Below, piece by piece: positions 19,362 through 29,145 of a DNA stretch of 62,944 nt. The stretch spans positions 1 through 62,944 of the forward strand of contig JAMPGS010000001.1 of assembly GCA_023663815.1 (NCBI GenBank), in the 5' to 3' direction. The stretch's first letter is position 1. Every line of letters begins with the position of its first letter. The stretch is from Clostridium sp. GTDB lineage: Bacteria > Bacillota > Clostridia > Lachnospirales > Lachnospiraceae. A program made the position numbers and the translations under genes. Under the pieces are notes generated by a model that had not been told where the DNA came from, ran no database searches, and was given only the letters and a program-made list of their open reading frames with translations.

Positions 19362-19597
19362 TATAACGTGTGGGGGAAAATAATCAAGTGGATTTGGTTA
19401 CATAATTAAAAAAATAATGAATAAAAATCAGCCTTAAATTTTGTGCAAAAATTTTTTGCTTTGTCAGGGCGGATATGGTATTTTTAAAGTCATAAGCAGG
19501 GAATGAGTAAAAAAGTTTTTGCTCTAAAGAATTTGTGTCAGCGCTGCGGCCGTAAACCCTGTAATGCAGATAAAGCAGCGCAGAAAAGAGGGAGAGT

Positions 19598-20017
19598 ATG
19601 AAAGACGCGAATTGTGGGTACTGTCAGGGCGGGGAGCTTTTGGCAAAGTTTGGCATCAAAATCTGTGATTTAGATGTGAGCCAATTAATTTTATTTAAGG
19701 AACAGAGCAAGCCGGGAAGGTGTATTGTGGCTTACAAGGATCATGTCAGCGAGATTGTAAACATCAGCGATGATGAGAGAAACCGCTTTTTTGCAGACGT
19801 GACGCGGGCGGCAAAGGCAATTCACAAAGCGTTTGCACCGGATAAGCTAAACTATGGCGCATACGGCGATACGGGATGCCATTTACACATGCATTTGGTT
19901 CCCAAGTACAAGGATAAGGACGAATGGGGCGGCGTGTTCCAGATGAATCCGGACAAAACCTATTTAAGCGATGCAGAATATGAGGAAATGATTGAAAAAA
20001 TAAAAGAGTGTCTGTAA
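19598..20017 (+). CDS. HIT family protein
   Basis: HLHMHLVP histidine triad. Confidence 0.9.
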   Translation: MKDANCGYCQGGELLAKFGIKICDLDVSQLILFKEQSKPGRCIVAYKDHVSEIVNISDDERNRFFADVTRAAKAIHKAFAPDKLNYGAYGDTGCHLHMHLVPKYKDKDEWGGVFQMNPDKTYLSDAEYEEMIEKIKECL

Positions 20018-20046
20018 AGGGCGCTCCGTGGGCATGAGGTAATAAA

Positions 20047-20781
20047 ATGCTACGAATAGCAGTATGTGATGACGCTCCCTTTTATCGGGAAAAGCTGGAG
20101 GAATTTATCAGGGCTTGGGCGGCTTTAAACTGCTTAAATGTACAGATTGAGAAATTTGAGAGCGGCGAAGAGGTTTTATTTGATATTGAGCAGACGGGGG
20201 ATTTTGTGGCGGTATTCATGGACATAGAGCTGAGCGGCATGAACGGAGTGGAAGCGGCTTTGGAAATCAGGAAAGCAAGCAGGCTTGTAAGCATTGTGTT
20301 TGTGACCGCCTATGAAAAATATTTCAAGCAAATGTTTTCCGCCGAACCCTGTTACTATATTGAAAAGCCCATAGCCGGACAAAAGGTGTTTGATGTGCTC
20401 GATAGGATTGTGGAGGAGCACAGAACCTTTTTTGAGAGCTTTACCTTCAGCTACAACAGGGTGACGTTTAATATTCCTTTGAAGGAAGTGCTTTATTTTG
20501 CCAGCGACAGGCGGCTGATAAGAGTTTATATGGAAAAGGATAGGGAGTATGCCTTTTACAGAAAGCTGGGCGCGGTGGAAAAGGAGCTTTCCGCCTGCAA
20601 CCATCATTTTGTGAGGATTCATCAGTCCTATCTGGTAAACAATAGGCAGATTGAGCAGCTTTGCCCTAAGTGGGTGATTATGAGCAATGGGGACGAGCTT
20701 CCCATCAGCCGGGAACGGAAAGAGGCGGCGGAGCAGTTTTTTATGAATTATCCGCTGACAACCATTGGCGGCCGATGGTAA
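20047..20781 (+). CDS. LytTR-family response regulator (no kinase adjacent)
   Basis: IAVCDD, FMDIEL, FVTAY, FVRIHQSYLVN, LPISR. Confidence 0.92.
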   Translation: MLRIAVCDDAPFYREKLEEFIRAWAALNCLNVQIEKFESGEEVLFDIEQTGDFVAVFMDIELSGMNGVEAALEIRKASRLVSIVFVTAYEKYFKQMFSAEPCYYIEKPIAGQKVFDVLDRIVEEHRTFFESFTFSYNRVTFNIPLKEVLYFASDRRLIRVYMEKDREYAFYRKLGAVEKELSACNHHFVRIHQSYLVNNRQIEQLCPKWVIMSNGDELPISRERKEAAEQFFMNYPLTTIGGRW

Positions 20782-21141
20782 CATTGGCCTCTGTCGGCAT
20801 ATTGATGCCAGTAGCCGATAATATTGCCAGCCGTTGGCAATTGATGTCAACCGATAACAACTATCGGCGAGATAAAAATTACATAAAGAGCGGTTTTTTG
20901 TTACATTAAGGAAAAGGACGGAAGAAAAGGATTATAATTAAAAATGTCAGATGGCACTGACACTTATTACATTTCTTTTCATGGGCAGGGTGCACCCTGC
21001 CTTTCGTCTTTTTATTGTTATCTTGCTTTTTGTGTGATAGAATAGGACATGATGGCGGATAGACGCCGATGCTTTTAGATATTGTATGCGGCATATTGCG
21101 CATGTATAATATTTCGGGCGTTGGCAGAATGGAGATTTGAT

Positions 21142-22071
21142 ATGGAATTGCTCAGCGCAATTGTCCCTTGTTATAATGAAGAAGAAAATATCGCCGATTT
21201 TTATCGGGAATTTATAAAAAATGAGCTTTTTTTTGGTGAAAAAGAGGTGGAGCTGGAGATATTATTTATTGACGACGGTTCCAAGGACGGCACGGCGGCC
21301 GAGGTGAAAAAGCTGATTGAGCGGGACGGGCGTGTGCGCCTTGTTTCCTTTTCCAGAAATTTTGGGAAGGAAGCGGCGATTTATGCGGGCTTGGAGAAGG
21401 CGAAGGGCGATTATGTGGTGTTCCTTGACGCGGATTTGCAGGATCCGCCGTCTCTTTTACCTGAAATGTACGGTTATTTGGCCGAGGGCTATGATTCGGT
21501 GGCGACTAGAAGAGTTACCCGCAAGGGAGAGCCGCCCCTGCGCTCTTTTTTTGCGAGAATGTTTTATAAAGTGATGAAAAACATTTCCAAGACGGAAATT
21601 ATGGACGGGGCGAGGGACTACAGGCTTATGAAAAGGCCGGTGGTGGATGCTATACTGTCCATGCCGGAGTACAACCGGTTCAGCAAGGGGATTTTCGGCT
21701 GGGTGGGCTTTGAGACCAAATGGCTGGAATTTGAAAATATTGAGCGCAAGAAGGGGGAGACAAAGTGGTCTTTTTGGAAGCTGTTTCTCTACTCGCTGGA
21801 CGGCATCACGGCGTTTTCTACCGCGCCGCTGGCCTTTGCCGCCTTTATGGGAGTGCTTTTTTGTCTGGCGGCCTTTGCGCTGATTGTTTTTACCATTGTG
21901 AGAAAAGCGTTGTTCGGCGACCCCACTTCCGGGTGGCCGTCGCTGGTGTGTATTATCTCGCTAATCAGCGGGGTTCAGTTGTTTTGTCTGGGGATTGTGG
22001 GGCAATATCTGGCAAAAACGTATATGGAAGTGAAAAGACGGCCAATCTATCTTGTAAAAGAGGAAATATGA
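21142..22071 (+). CDS. GT2 polyprenol-phosphate glycosyltransferase (GtrB/YkcC-like)
   Basis: VPCYNEE, DDGSKDGT, FSRNFGKEAA, DADLQDPP, two C-terminal TM helices. Confidence 0.9.
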   Translation: MELLSAIVPCYNEEENIADFYREFIKNELFFGEKEVELEILFIDDGSKDGTAAEVKKLIERDGRVRLVSFSRNFGKEAAIYAGLEKAKGDYVVFLDADLQDPPSLLPEMYGYLAEGYDSVATRRVTRKGEPPLRSFFARMFYKVMKNISKTEIMDGARDYRLMKRPVVDAILSMPEYNRFSKGIFGWVGFETKWLEFENIERKKGETKWSFWKLFLYSLDGITAFSTAPLAFAAFMGVLFCLAAFALIVFTIVRKALFGDPTSGWPSLVCIISLISGVQLFCLGIVGQYLAKTYMEVKRRPIYLVKEEI

Positions 22072-22097
22072 AAAGTGGACTTTTCAATATGAAAAAC

Positions 22098-22183
22098 AAA
22101 TTTTTCATTGAGAGTTTGCGGGTACAAACTCCGTTTATACACAAACTGCGTTTGTGGACAAAATGCAACGCAAAAAAGAGGAA
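22098..22183 (+). repeat. Dispersed palindromic repeat family B, copy 1
   Basis: TTTCATTGAGAGTTTG..CAAACTC..TTGTGGACAAAATGCAACGCAAAAAAGAGG, similar to 46047-46137. Confidence 0.55.
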
Positions 22184-22185
22184 AT

Positions 22186-22944
22186 ATGAAAGACGAGCTT
22201 GTAAGCATTATTGTGCCGGTTTATAACGCCGGTCTTTATATAGAGGAAGCTATCGACATGGTACAGGCCCAGACCTACAGGAACTGGGAATTGATACTAG
22301 TGGACGACTGCTCCGGGGATGACAGCCGGGAGAAGATAAAGGGGCGCGCCGCCGGGGACGAGGAGAGAATCAGGCTGATTGCCAAACCGGTAAACGGGGG
22401 AGCGGCCGGAGCGAGAAATACGGGAATCGAGGCCGCGGAGGGAAGATATATTGCGTTCCTCGACGCCGACGATATCTGGAAGCCGGAAAAGCTGGAAAAG
22501 GAATTGGCTTTCATGAAGGATAAGCAGGCGGCTTTTTGCTTTACGGCCTATGAGTTTGGGGACGAAAACGCCAAGGGCACCGGGAAGGTGGTGCATGTTC
22601 CGGCGCAGCTTTCCTACGAAAAAGCGCTTTCCCGAACGATAATTTTCACCTCCACGGTTCTTTTGGACACGGAAAAAACAGGGCGGGAGCTTATTCATAT
22701 GCCGGAGATAAAAAGCGAGGACACGGCTACATGGTGGAAGCTGCTTAGAAACGGCTTTTCCGCTTACGGACTTGACGAGGTGCTGGCGATTTACCGGAGG
22801 CCGGCAAAATCTTTATCCTCCAACAAGCTGGAGGCAGTTAGAAGAATCTGGCGTTTGTACCGGCGGCAGGAGAAGCTTTCTATCTGGTACAGTTGTTACA
22901 ATTTGTTTTTCTGGGCCCTCCGCGCCACGCTGCGAAGGCTGTAA
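22186..22944 (+). CDS. GT2 glycosyltransferase (TuaG-like)
   Basis: VSIIVPVYNA, VDDCSGD, AFLDADD, SLSSNK. Confidence 0.9.
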   Translation: MKDELVSIIVPVYNAGLYIEEAIDMVQAQTYRNWELILVDDCSGDDSREKIKGRAAGDEERIRLIAKPVNGGAAGARNTGIEAAEGRYIAFLDADDIWKPEKLEKELAFMKDKQAAFCFTAYEFGDENAKGTGKVVHVPAQLSYEKALSRTIIFTSTVLLDTEKTGRELIHMPEIKSEDTATWWKLLRNGFSAYGLDEVLAIYRRPAKSLSSNKLEAVRRIWRLYRRQEKLSIWYSCYNLFFWALRATLRRL

Positions 22945-22958
22945 AAATTGTAAGCATA

Positions 22959-23135
22959 AAAGGAATTTTATAGAAAGAATTCTATAAAAGAAATTTTGCA
23001 AGAGAAATTTGCAAAAGAAACTTTGTAGAAGAAATTTTGTGAAAGAAATTTGCAAAAGAAACTTTGTAGAAAAAATCTTGCGAAAGAAACTTTGTGAAAA
23101 AATTTTACAAAAAAATTTTGTAAGAAAAATTTCCG
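22959..23135. repeat. Degenerate 13-14-bp tandem array, about 13 units
   Basis: Consensus AAAGAAA(C/T)TTTG(C/T)A. Confidence 0.85.
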
Positions 23136-23189
23136 GGAGAGCCTCTCTCCCTATAGATAGTAGATGCCGGGAAAATATAGGAGGTAAAT

Positions 23190-24608
23190 GTGAAACGTTT
23201 AGAATCCTTAAAGAGAATCGGGGTGTTGTGGCTTAGCTTCGTGGGCCTGCTTATGCAGGCAGGGGTTTATACATACATTTGGCTGGAATATTATTATCCG
23301 ATTGTTAATAATTTTAACCGGGGACTGAAATATACGAGAAACGGGCACATTTTAGTGATTTTGCTGTATCTGGTGTTTCTGCTCTTTTTTAACAATACCT
23401 ATGGGGGAATGAAAATCGGCTATTTAAAGCCAATGGATGTATTTTTGTCGCAGCTATTTTCGCTTTTGATTGTAAATGTGATTACCTATGCGCAGATTTC
23501 CCTTATGAATAACTGGCTGGTTCCGGCGAAAGGATTCGTGGCGGCAACCCTTGTACAGCTTCTTATAGGGGGGATTTTTACGTGGCTGTGCAACAGCATT
23601 TATATGAAGGTATTTCCCCCAAGGGAAATATTGCTGATACATGGGGAACGGGATATTGAGGATGTCCTGCGGAAATTTGAGACGCGGAAAGACAAGTACA
23701 GAATTGTAAAATGCATGGACGTCAGGGAGGACGTTAAGAAGCTGGAGGAGGAGATTTTAAAAGGTTACGGCGCGGTAATGCTCTGGGATATTCCCACCAT
23801 GAAGCGAAATCGCCTTTTAAAATATTGCTACAGCAAGTTTATTCGGGTTTATGTGATGCCCAAGATTCCCGACGTGATGATAAAAGGAGCCGACCAGCTT
23901 CATCTTTTTGACACGCCTATTTTTCTCACAAGGGAATATGCCCTCACCGTGGGGCAGCGCATGGCAAAGCGGATGATTGACCTTGTTTGCGCGTTTATTT
24001 TGTTTGTGATTGCCTCGCCCTTTATGATAATCACCGCAATCTGTATCAAGTGCTACGACGGCGGCCCCGTGCTGTATAAGCAGACCCGCTGCACCAGAGG
24101 GGGCAGGAAATTTGAGATTATGAAATTTAGAAGTATGCGCGTGGATGCGGAGAAGGACGGAGTTGCCAGACTGGCCGCAAGGAACGACAGCCGGATTACG
24201 CCTATTGGAAAGCTTATCCGGGCGGTGCGCATCGACGAGCTTCCCCAGCTTTTCAATATTTTAAAGGGGGATATGTCCTTTATCGGCCCCAGGCCGGAGC
24301 GGCCGGAGATTATTGAGCAGTATGTGGAGGAGATGCCGGAGTTTGTGTTCCGTATGCGGGTAAAAGCCGGGCTTGCGGGCTACGCGCAGGTTTATGGCAA
24401 GTATAATACCACTCCTTACGACAAATTAAAACTGGATTTAACTTATATTGAAAATTATTCGGTGTGGCTGGACATTAAACTGATGCTTTTAACCTTGAAA
24501 ATTTTGATAAAGCCCGAAAGTACGGAGGGCGTTGACAGTATGCAGGTGACAGCCATGAAAACTTTGAAGGCGGAGGAGCCGTGGGAAAATGAAAATCGAG
24601 AGGAATGA
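23190..24608 (+). CDS. Priming polyprenyl glycosylphosphotransferase (bacterial sugar transferase)
   Basis: N-terminal TMs; KRMID, KFRSM, RIDELPQLFNILKGDMSFIGPRPE; GTG start after GGAGG. Confidence 0.93.
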   Translation: MKRLESLKRIGVLWLSFVGLLMQAGVYTYIWLEYYYPIVNNFNRGLKYTRNGHILVILLYLVFLLFFNNTYGGMKIGYLKPMDVFLSQLFSLLIVNVITYAQISLMNNWLVPAKGFVAATLVQLLIGGIFTWLCNSIYMKVFPPREILLIHGERDIEDVLRKFETRKDKYRIVKCMDVREDVKKLEEEILKGYGAVMLWDIPTMKRNRLLKYCYSKFIRVYVMPKIPDVMIKGADQLHLFDTPIFLTREYALTVGQRMAKRMIDLVCAFILFVIASPFMIITAICIKCYDGGPVLYKQTRCTRGGRKFEIMKFRSMRVDAEKDGVARLAARNDSRITPIGKLIRAVRIDELPQLFNILKGDMSFIGPRPERPEIIEQYVEEMPEFVFRMRVKAGLAGYAQVYGKYNTTPYDKLKLDLTYIENYSVWLDIKLMLLTLKILIKPESTEGVDSMQVTAMKTLKAEEPWENENREE

Positions 24609-25725
24609 AGAATATTTAAACAGAGGAATGGATTTGAAAAGGCTGGTGCTGTACCTTCAAAAAAAAATCTGGATTATTATTATGCTGATTATTTTGGGGG
24701 CCACCTTCGGGGGCGTCATTTATCAGGTGCTGCGCTCCATGAAAATGCCGGTGGAATATAAGGCGGTGTCCAAGCTGTATATCAGCTTTGGGCATGACGA
24801 GAGCGGGGAGGTTTACCAGTATTATAACGGGTACACTTGGAACGATTTGCTGGATTCCGACCCCATTGTGGATCTTGTGATGCGGGAGCTGCCGGGTTAT
24901 GAAAAGGAGGATGTGAGGGAGGCAACCACCGCGGAAATATTGTCGGATATCCGTCTGCTGACCGTCACCGTAAAGGGGGACAATGAAAAGTTTGTGCGGG
25001 AAATCCGTACTGCTGTGGAGAATGGACTGAAGGAGTACGCGAGGGAGAACAAGGAGCTGGAATTGATTAAGGTCATCCGTTCCACCGCGCCTGAGCGCGT
25101 CTATTGGGATGACAGAACTACCTCGGCCTGCGCCACAGGGGCAGTGATTGCGGGAGTTTTGGCGCTTTTAATCATTGGATTTAATTACGCGACCGACGAA
25201 TCTATTTACGTTCAGGAGGATATTGAGAAAAAATACGGTCTGCGCGCGCTGGGGATTTTAACCAGAAATCAAAAGGGCCTGCAGCCCTATGCGGGCGAGC
25301 TGCGGGCCAATATCCGCTACGTCATGGGAGATAGGAGGACCTTGGCGGTTGTGGATATGGCGAACCATGCGGACGCAAGGGGGATGGAGCTGGACAGGCT
25401 TCTCAACAGAGAGGAAATGGATATCCTTGGAAGCAGCGGGGGCGTTAAGGAGGAAGAGGACTTCGGCTGGTACAAGGCCAAAACGAAGGAAGTTCAGGAG
25501 AAGGGCGAGTGGGAAGTACTTGCTTTTGGGGAAAATATTTTGGCGGAGGAGGAGTGCCGCAAAATCCGGGAGGCGGGAGCCGTCATTTTGCTGCTGCCCT
25601 TTGGGGTGGACGTGGGGAGAAAGACTTCGAGAATTTTAAGCCTTCTGAAAAATCAGGACTGCAACATTATTGGGATGGTGGTGGCGCAGGCGGACGAGGA
25701 ATTTTTGAATAGATATTTTGCTTGA
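24589..25725 (+). CDS. Wzz/CpsC-like chain-length regulator with a degenerate kinase-like C-terminal domain
   Basis: Two TMs around an extracellular loop; EDIEKKYGLRALG, ELRANIRY; no Walker A. Confidence 0.7.
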   Translation: MKIERNEEYLNRGMDLKRLVLYLQKKIWIIIMLIILGATFGGVIYQVLRSMKMPVEYKAVSKLYISFGHDESGEVYQYYNGYTWNDLLDSDPIVDLVMRELPGYEKEDVREATTAEILSDIRLLTVTVKGDNEKFVREIRTAVENGLKEYARENKELELIKVIRSTAPERVYWDDRTTSACATGAVIAGVLALLIIGFNYATDESIYVQEDIEKKYGLRALGILTRNQKGLQPYAGELRANIRYVMGDRRTLAVVDMANHADARGMELDRLLNREEMDILGSSGGVKEEEDFGWYKAKTKEVQEKGEWEVLAFGENILAEEECRKIREAGAVILLLPFGVDVGRKTSRILSLLKNQDCNIIGMVVAQADEEFLNRYFA

Positions 25726-25753
25726 GGAATTGCAAGAGAAAACGAGGAAAAAA

Positions 25754-26545
25754 ATGAAATTACAGGTGCTGGTGGCGGCGGTAAATCAGGAAGTGTATAC
25801 ACTGGCGGAAAGGATGAATCTGGAGACAGAGGCGGTCATAGTTAATCAATGCGGCCACTATGATTATCATGAATATTTGCACAAGGGCAGGCGTATTCAG
25901 TGCTTTTCCATGGAGGAGCGGGGAGTGGGCCGCAGCCGCAACACGGCCCTTATGCACGCCGGAGAGGAGCTTTGCCTGTTTTCGGACGAGGACATTGTTT
26001 TTTATGAGGGCTATGAAAAGACGGTGATTGAGGCCTTTGAAAAAAATCCCCATGCGGATATAATTGCCTTTAATTTTCAGGTGGATGCGTCCCGCCGGAC
26101 TTATTATAATGAAACGTGCAAAAGGATACGTTGGTATAATTACGGGCGTTATCCAACCTACGCGCTGGCCGCTAAAACGGAATCTTTGCGCAGGGCCAAT
26201 GTGAGCTTTTCCCTGCTTTTTGGGGGCGGGGCGAAATACAGCAACGGCGAGGATAGTCTTTTTCTCCATGACTGCCTGAAAAAAGGGCTTCACGTGTACG
26301 CGGAGACGGCGGAGCTTGGCAGGGAGGTTTACCGGGAGTCCACATGGTTTAAGGGATACAATCAAAAATTTTTTATGGACAGGGGCGTACTGTATCATTA
26401 TCTCTACGGCAGGCTTGCGGGGCTTTTTGCCTTTCGCTTTTTGTTTCTTCACGGCGTTGTGAAAAAAAGCGGGATGCTGGAGGAGATATCCCTTGGAAAA
26501 GCCTACGGATTAATGCGGCGCGGTATCAGGGAAGCCGTAAAGTGA
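25754..26545 (+). CDS. GT2-type glycosyltransferase
   Basis: RGVGRSRN, LFSDED, GEDSLF. Confidence 0.85.
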   Translation: MKLQVLVAAVNQEVYTLAERMNLETEAVIVNQCGHYDYHEYLHKGRRIQCFSMEERGVGRSRNTALMHAGEELCLFSDEDIVFYEGYEKTVIEAFEKNPHADIIAFNFQVDASRRTYYNETCKRIRWYNYGRYPTYALAAKTESLRRANVSFSLLFGGGAKYSNGEDSLFLHDCLKKGLHVYAETAELGREVYRESTWFKGYNQKFFMDRGVLYHYLYGRLAGLFAFRFLFLHGVVKKSGMLEEISLGKAYGLMRRGIREAVK

Positions 26546-26552
26546 GGAGTTT

Positions 26553-27662
26553 ATGATTTTATATATTTTTGTAGCGGCGCTGACGGTTCTCTTGGGACTG
26601 GCGGTTGACAATCATTGCAGGATACGGCGGAATATGGTGAGCAGGCAGCAGATGTTAAACGGGCTGTGTCTCCTTTCCGTTTTTCTTGTGCTGTTCGCGG
26701 TTTCGGCGTGCCGCCTGAATGTGGGCAACGACTATGCTAAATACGTGGAGTTTATGCATTTAATTAACTGCAACGCTTTCGTTCCCACGGAGTTTGGATT
26801 TAATCAGGTGGTGAGGATTCTGTACGGAATCAGCGGGTTTGAAAATTACTTGCTGGTGTTTGCGTTCTTTGCCTTTTTTACCATACTGCTTTTTTTGACC
26901 GCCATATACAGGCAGGCGGATTCCTTTGCCTTTAGCTTTTTCCTGTTTATGGCATTTGGATATTATTTCCAGTCCTTCAACACGGTGCGCTATTATCTGG
27001 CCCTTGCCATAGCGGTGTGCGCTATCCCTGCCGTACTGCGGAGAGAATGGGGGAAGTTTTTGCTTTTGGTGCTTGTGGGGGCGTCCCTGCACAAATCCAT
27101 TTTGGTGGTGTTTCCCTTGTATATTTTGGCGTCCCTTCCGTGGAAAAAGTGGCAGCTAGCGATTGCCGCGGCGTGCTGCTTCACCTTCTTTTTTATGCAG
27201 GATTTTTATTTGAAAGCGGTGGTGTTTCTTTATCCCACCTATGAGGACACGGAGTACTTGACGGGCGGCACCAGCCTTATAAATATTCTGCGCTGTCTGG
27301 CCGTGCTGATTTTTTCCCTGATGTGTTATGAAAAAACGGTGAAGAATAGCCGGAGGAACCGCTTTTATTTTTACTGCAATTTAGGCGCGCTGGTGATGTA
27401 TGTGTGTTGTTCCTTCCTTCCCGTCATCTCAAGAATCGGGTATTATCTGACGATTACGCATATTTTTTTCCTCCCTGCGCTGCTTGGGGGGATTGAAAAT
27501 GAAAAGAGGCGGAAGCTGCTCACCGCCGGGGTGGTCTTGGCGGCGGTCTTGTATTTCGGAGTGTTTATTTTGATGAAGGCGGGGAACGACGGCTTAAGGA
27601 TACTGCCCTATGAGACCTTTATGTTCCACGATATGGTGCCGATTTTGTCGGACGTGAGCTAG
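26553..27662 (+). CDS. EpsG-family polysaccharide polymerase (Wzy)
   Basis: RLNVGNDY, EFGF, NTVRYYLA, LHKS; multiple TMs. Confidence 0.85.
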   Translation: MILYIFVAALTVLLGLAVDNHCRIRRNMVSRQQMLNGLCLLSVFLVLFAVSACRLNVGNDYAKYVEFMHLINCNAFVPTEFGFNQVVRILYGISGFENYLLVFAFFAFFTILLFLTAIYRQADSFAFSFFLFMAFGYYFQSFNTVRYYLALAIAVCAIPAVLRREWGKFLLLVLVGASLHKSILVVFPLYILASLPWKKWQLAIAAACCFTFFFMQDFYLKAVVFLYPTYEDTEYLTGGTSLINILRCLAVLIFSLMCYEKTVKNSRRNRFYFYCNLGALVMYVCCSFLPVISRIGYYLTITHIFFLPALLGGIENEKRRKLLTAGVVLAAVLYFGVFILMKAGNDGLRILPYETFMFHDMVPILSDVS

Positions 27663-27693
27663 AGCTTCAAAAAGAGGTAAAGGAGAAATTTCA

Positions 27694-28284
27694 ATGTTTA
27701 TTACGATAGACGGCCCGGACGGGGTTGGAAAGACGTCCGTGGCAATGGAGCTGATAGAGGCCATCAACCGGGAGGCGGGCCGGGAGCTTGCCCTTTACAC
27801 GGCGGAACCCACTCAAAGCAGTTTAGGGAAAAAAATCAGGAGAATCCTTCAAAGCGGAGAGCCGGAGGAACAGCGGCGGCTTACGGAATATTTTGTCCAA
27901 AACCGCGGGGAGCATGTGGAGGAAATTGCCGGGCAAATCCGTTCCGGCCACATTGTAGTATGCGACAGGTACAGATACTCGACGGTGGTTTATCAGCATA
28001 TGCAGGGCGAGGATATCTCAAAGCTGGTTGAGTTAAATCAAGATTTTTTAAGGCCGGATTACTCTTTTATCTTAAATGTAAAGAGCGTGGACGTGCTGCT
28101 TTCGCACATTGCAATCCGCAAAAATGCGGCGGAGTTGTTTGAATCGGAGGAGATTCTTCAAAGGGCAATCGCCTTATACAATCAGATGGAAGCTTATTTT
28201 CCGGGGGACAATATTGTTTTTATGGATGCGGACCAGCCTGTAAGCGAAATGGCGGCCGCGATTAGGAAGAGGATTAACCGGTGA
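27694..28284 (+). CDS. tmk: Thymidylate (dTMP) kinase family protein
   Basis: FITIDGPDGVGKTS P-loop, AEPT, VVCDRYRYSTVVYQ, RPD. Confidence 0.85.
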   Translation: MFITIDGPDGVGKTSVAMELIEAINREAGRELALYTAEPTQSSLGKKIRRILQSGEPEEQRRLTEYFVQNRGEHVEEIAGQIRSGHIVVCDRYRYSTVVYQHMQGEDISKLVELNQDFLRPDYSFILNVKSVDVLLSHIAIRKNAAELFESEEILQRAIALYNQMEAYFPGDNIVFMDADQPVSEMAAAIRKRINR

Positions 28285-28293
28285 GGTAAAAAT

Positions 28294-29145
28294 ATGCGGC
28301 CTTTTTTTACAATTATCATTGTCTGTTTAAATCCGGGGGACAGGCTGAAAAGTACCTTGGAGAGCGTGGAAAAGCAGACCTTTCGCGATTTTGAGGTTAT
28401 CATAAAGGATGGGCTGTCAGAGGACGGCTCACTTTCTTATGCCTATGCCCTGCAGAAGCGGTGGGGCGGTGAAAAGCTGAAAATTTTGGAAAAAAGGGAC
28501 GAGGGGATTTACGACGCTATGAATCAGGCCGCGGCGGAGGCGGCGGGAAGCTATATTTATTTTTTAAACTGCGGGGATTGGCTTTGTTCGGAGAACGTGC
28601 TTTCTGAGATGGCGGAGTTTATTAAGGCTTCCCACAGGGAGGGTGCGCCCGGAATTTTTTACGGGGATATTTTTGAGCGGCTGACCGGGCAGAGAGTGGC
28701 TTCCAATCCCCGGATAGACGCTTTTGCCTGCTACCGGAATGTCCCCTGCCATCAGGCCTGTTTTTATTCCGGGGATTTGCTTAAAATGCATCCCTTTGAG
28801 ACAAAATACAAGGTGCGGGCGGATTACGAGCAGTTTTTGTGGTGCTTTTTTGAGGGAAGCCGGCATAGCGGGGCGGAAAAAGTTTCTTTTTGTCATAAGA
28901 ATATTTTAATTGCGGATTACGAGGGCGGCGGTTTTTCCGAATCCAAGGAAAACCGAAAAATTTCGGCGGCGGAGCACAGAGAAATTACTAAAATTTATAT
29001 GTCCCTTGGACAGCTTTTTAGGTTTCGGCTGATTATGCTTCTGACCCTTTCTCCGCTGCGGACTTATCTGGCGAAGAATCCGGGGACGGCCGGGGCGTAT
29101 CACCGCTTAAAATCCATATTATATAGAAGGAAAAGGGAAAATTAA
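28294..29145 (+). CDS. GT2 glycosyltransferase (WcaE-like)
   Basis: DGLSEDGS, DEGIYDAMN, FLNCGD, HQA, ADY. Confidence 0.88.
   Translation: MRPFFTIIIVCLNPGDRLKSTLESVEKQTFRDFEVIIKDGLSEDGSLSYAYALQKRWGGEKLKILEKRDEGIYDAMNQAAAEAAGSYIYFLNCGDWLCSENVLSEMAEFIKASHREGAPGIFYGDIFERLTGQRVASNPRIDAFACYRNVPCHQACFYSGDLLKMHPFETKYKVRADYEQFLWCFFEGSRHSGAEKVSFCHKNILIADYEGGGFSESKENRKISAAEHREITKIYMSLGQLFRFRLIMLLTLSPLRTYLAKNPGTAGAYHRLKSILYRRKREN

Noticed and set aside
19540-19582. GCGCTGC..GCAGCGC hairpin upstream of the HIT gene as a riboswitch
   Set aside because: No aptamer consensus recognised and no expression platform; a single stem is insufficient evidence
23009-23236. Small ORFs over repeats (also 46913-47449, 59259-59523, 62382-62567)
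   Set aside because: Open frames arise from repeat or structured non-coding sequence; no SD and no protein features
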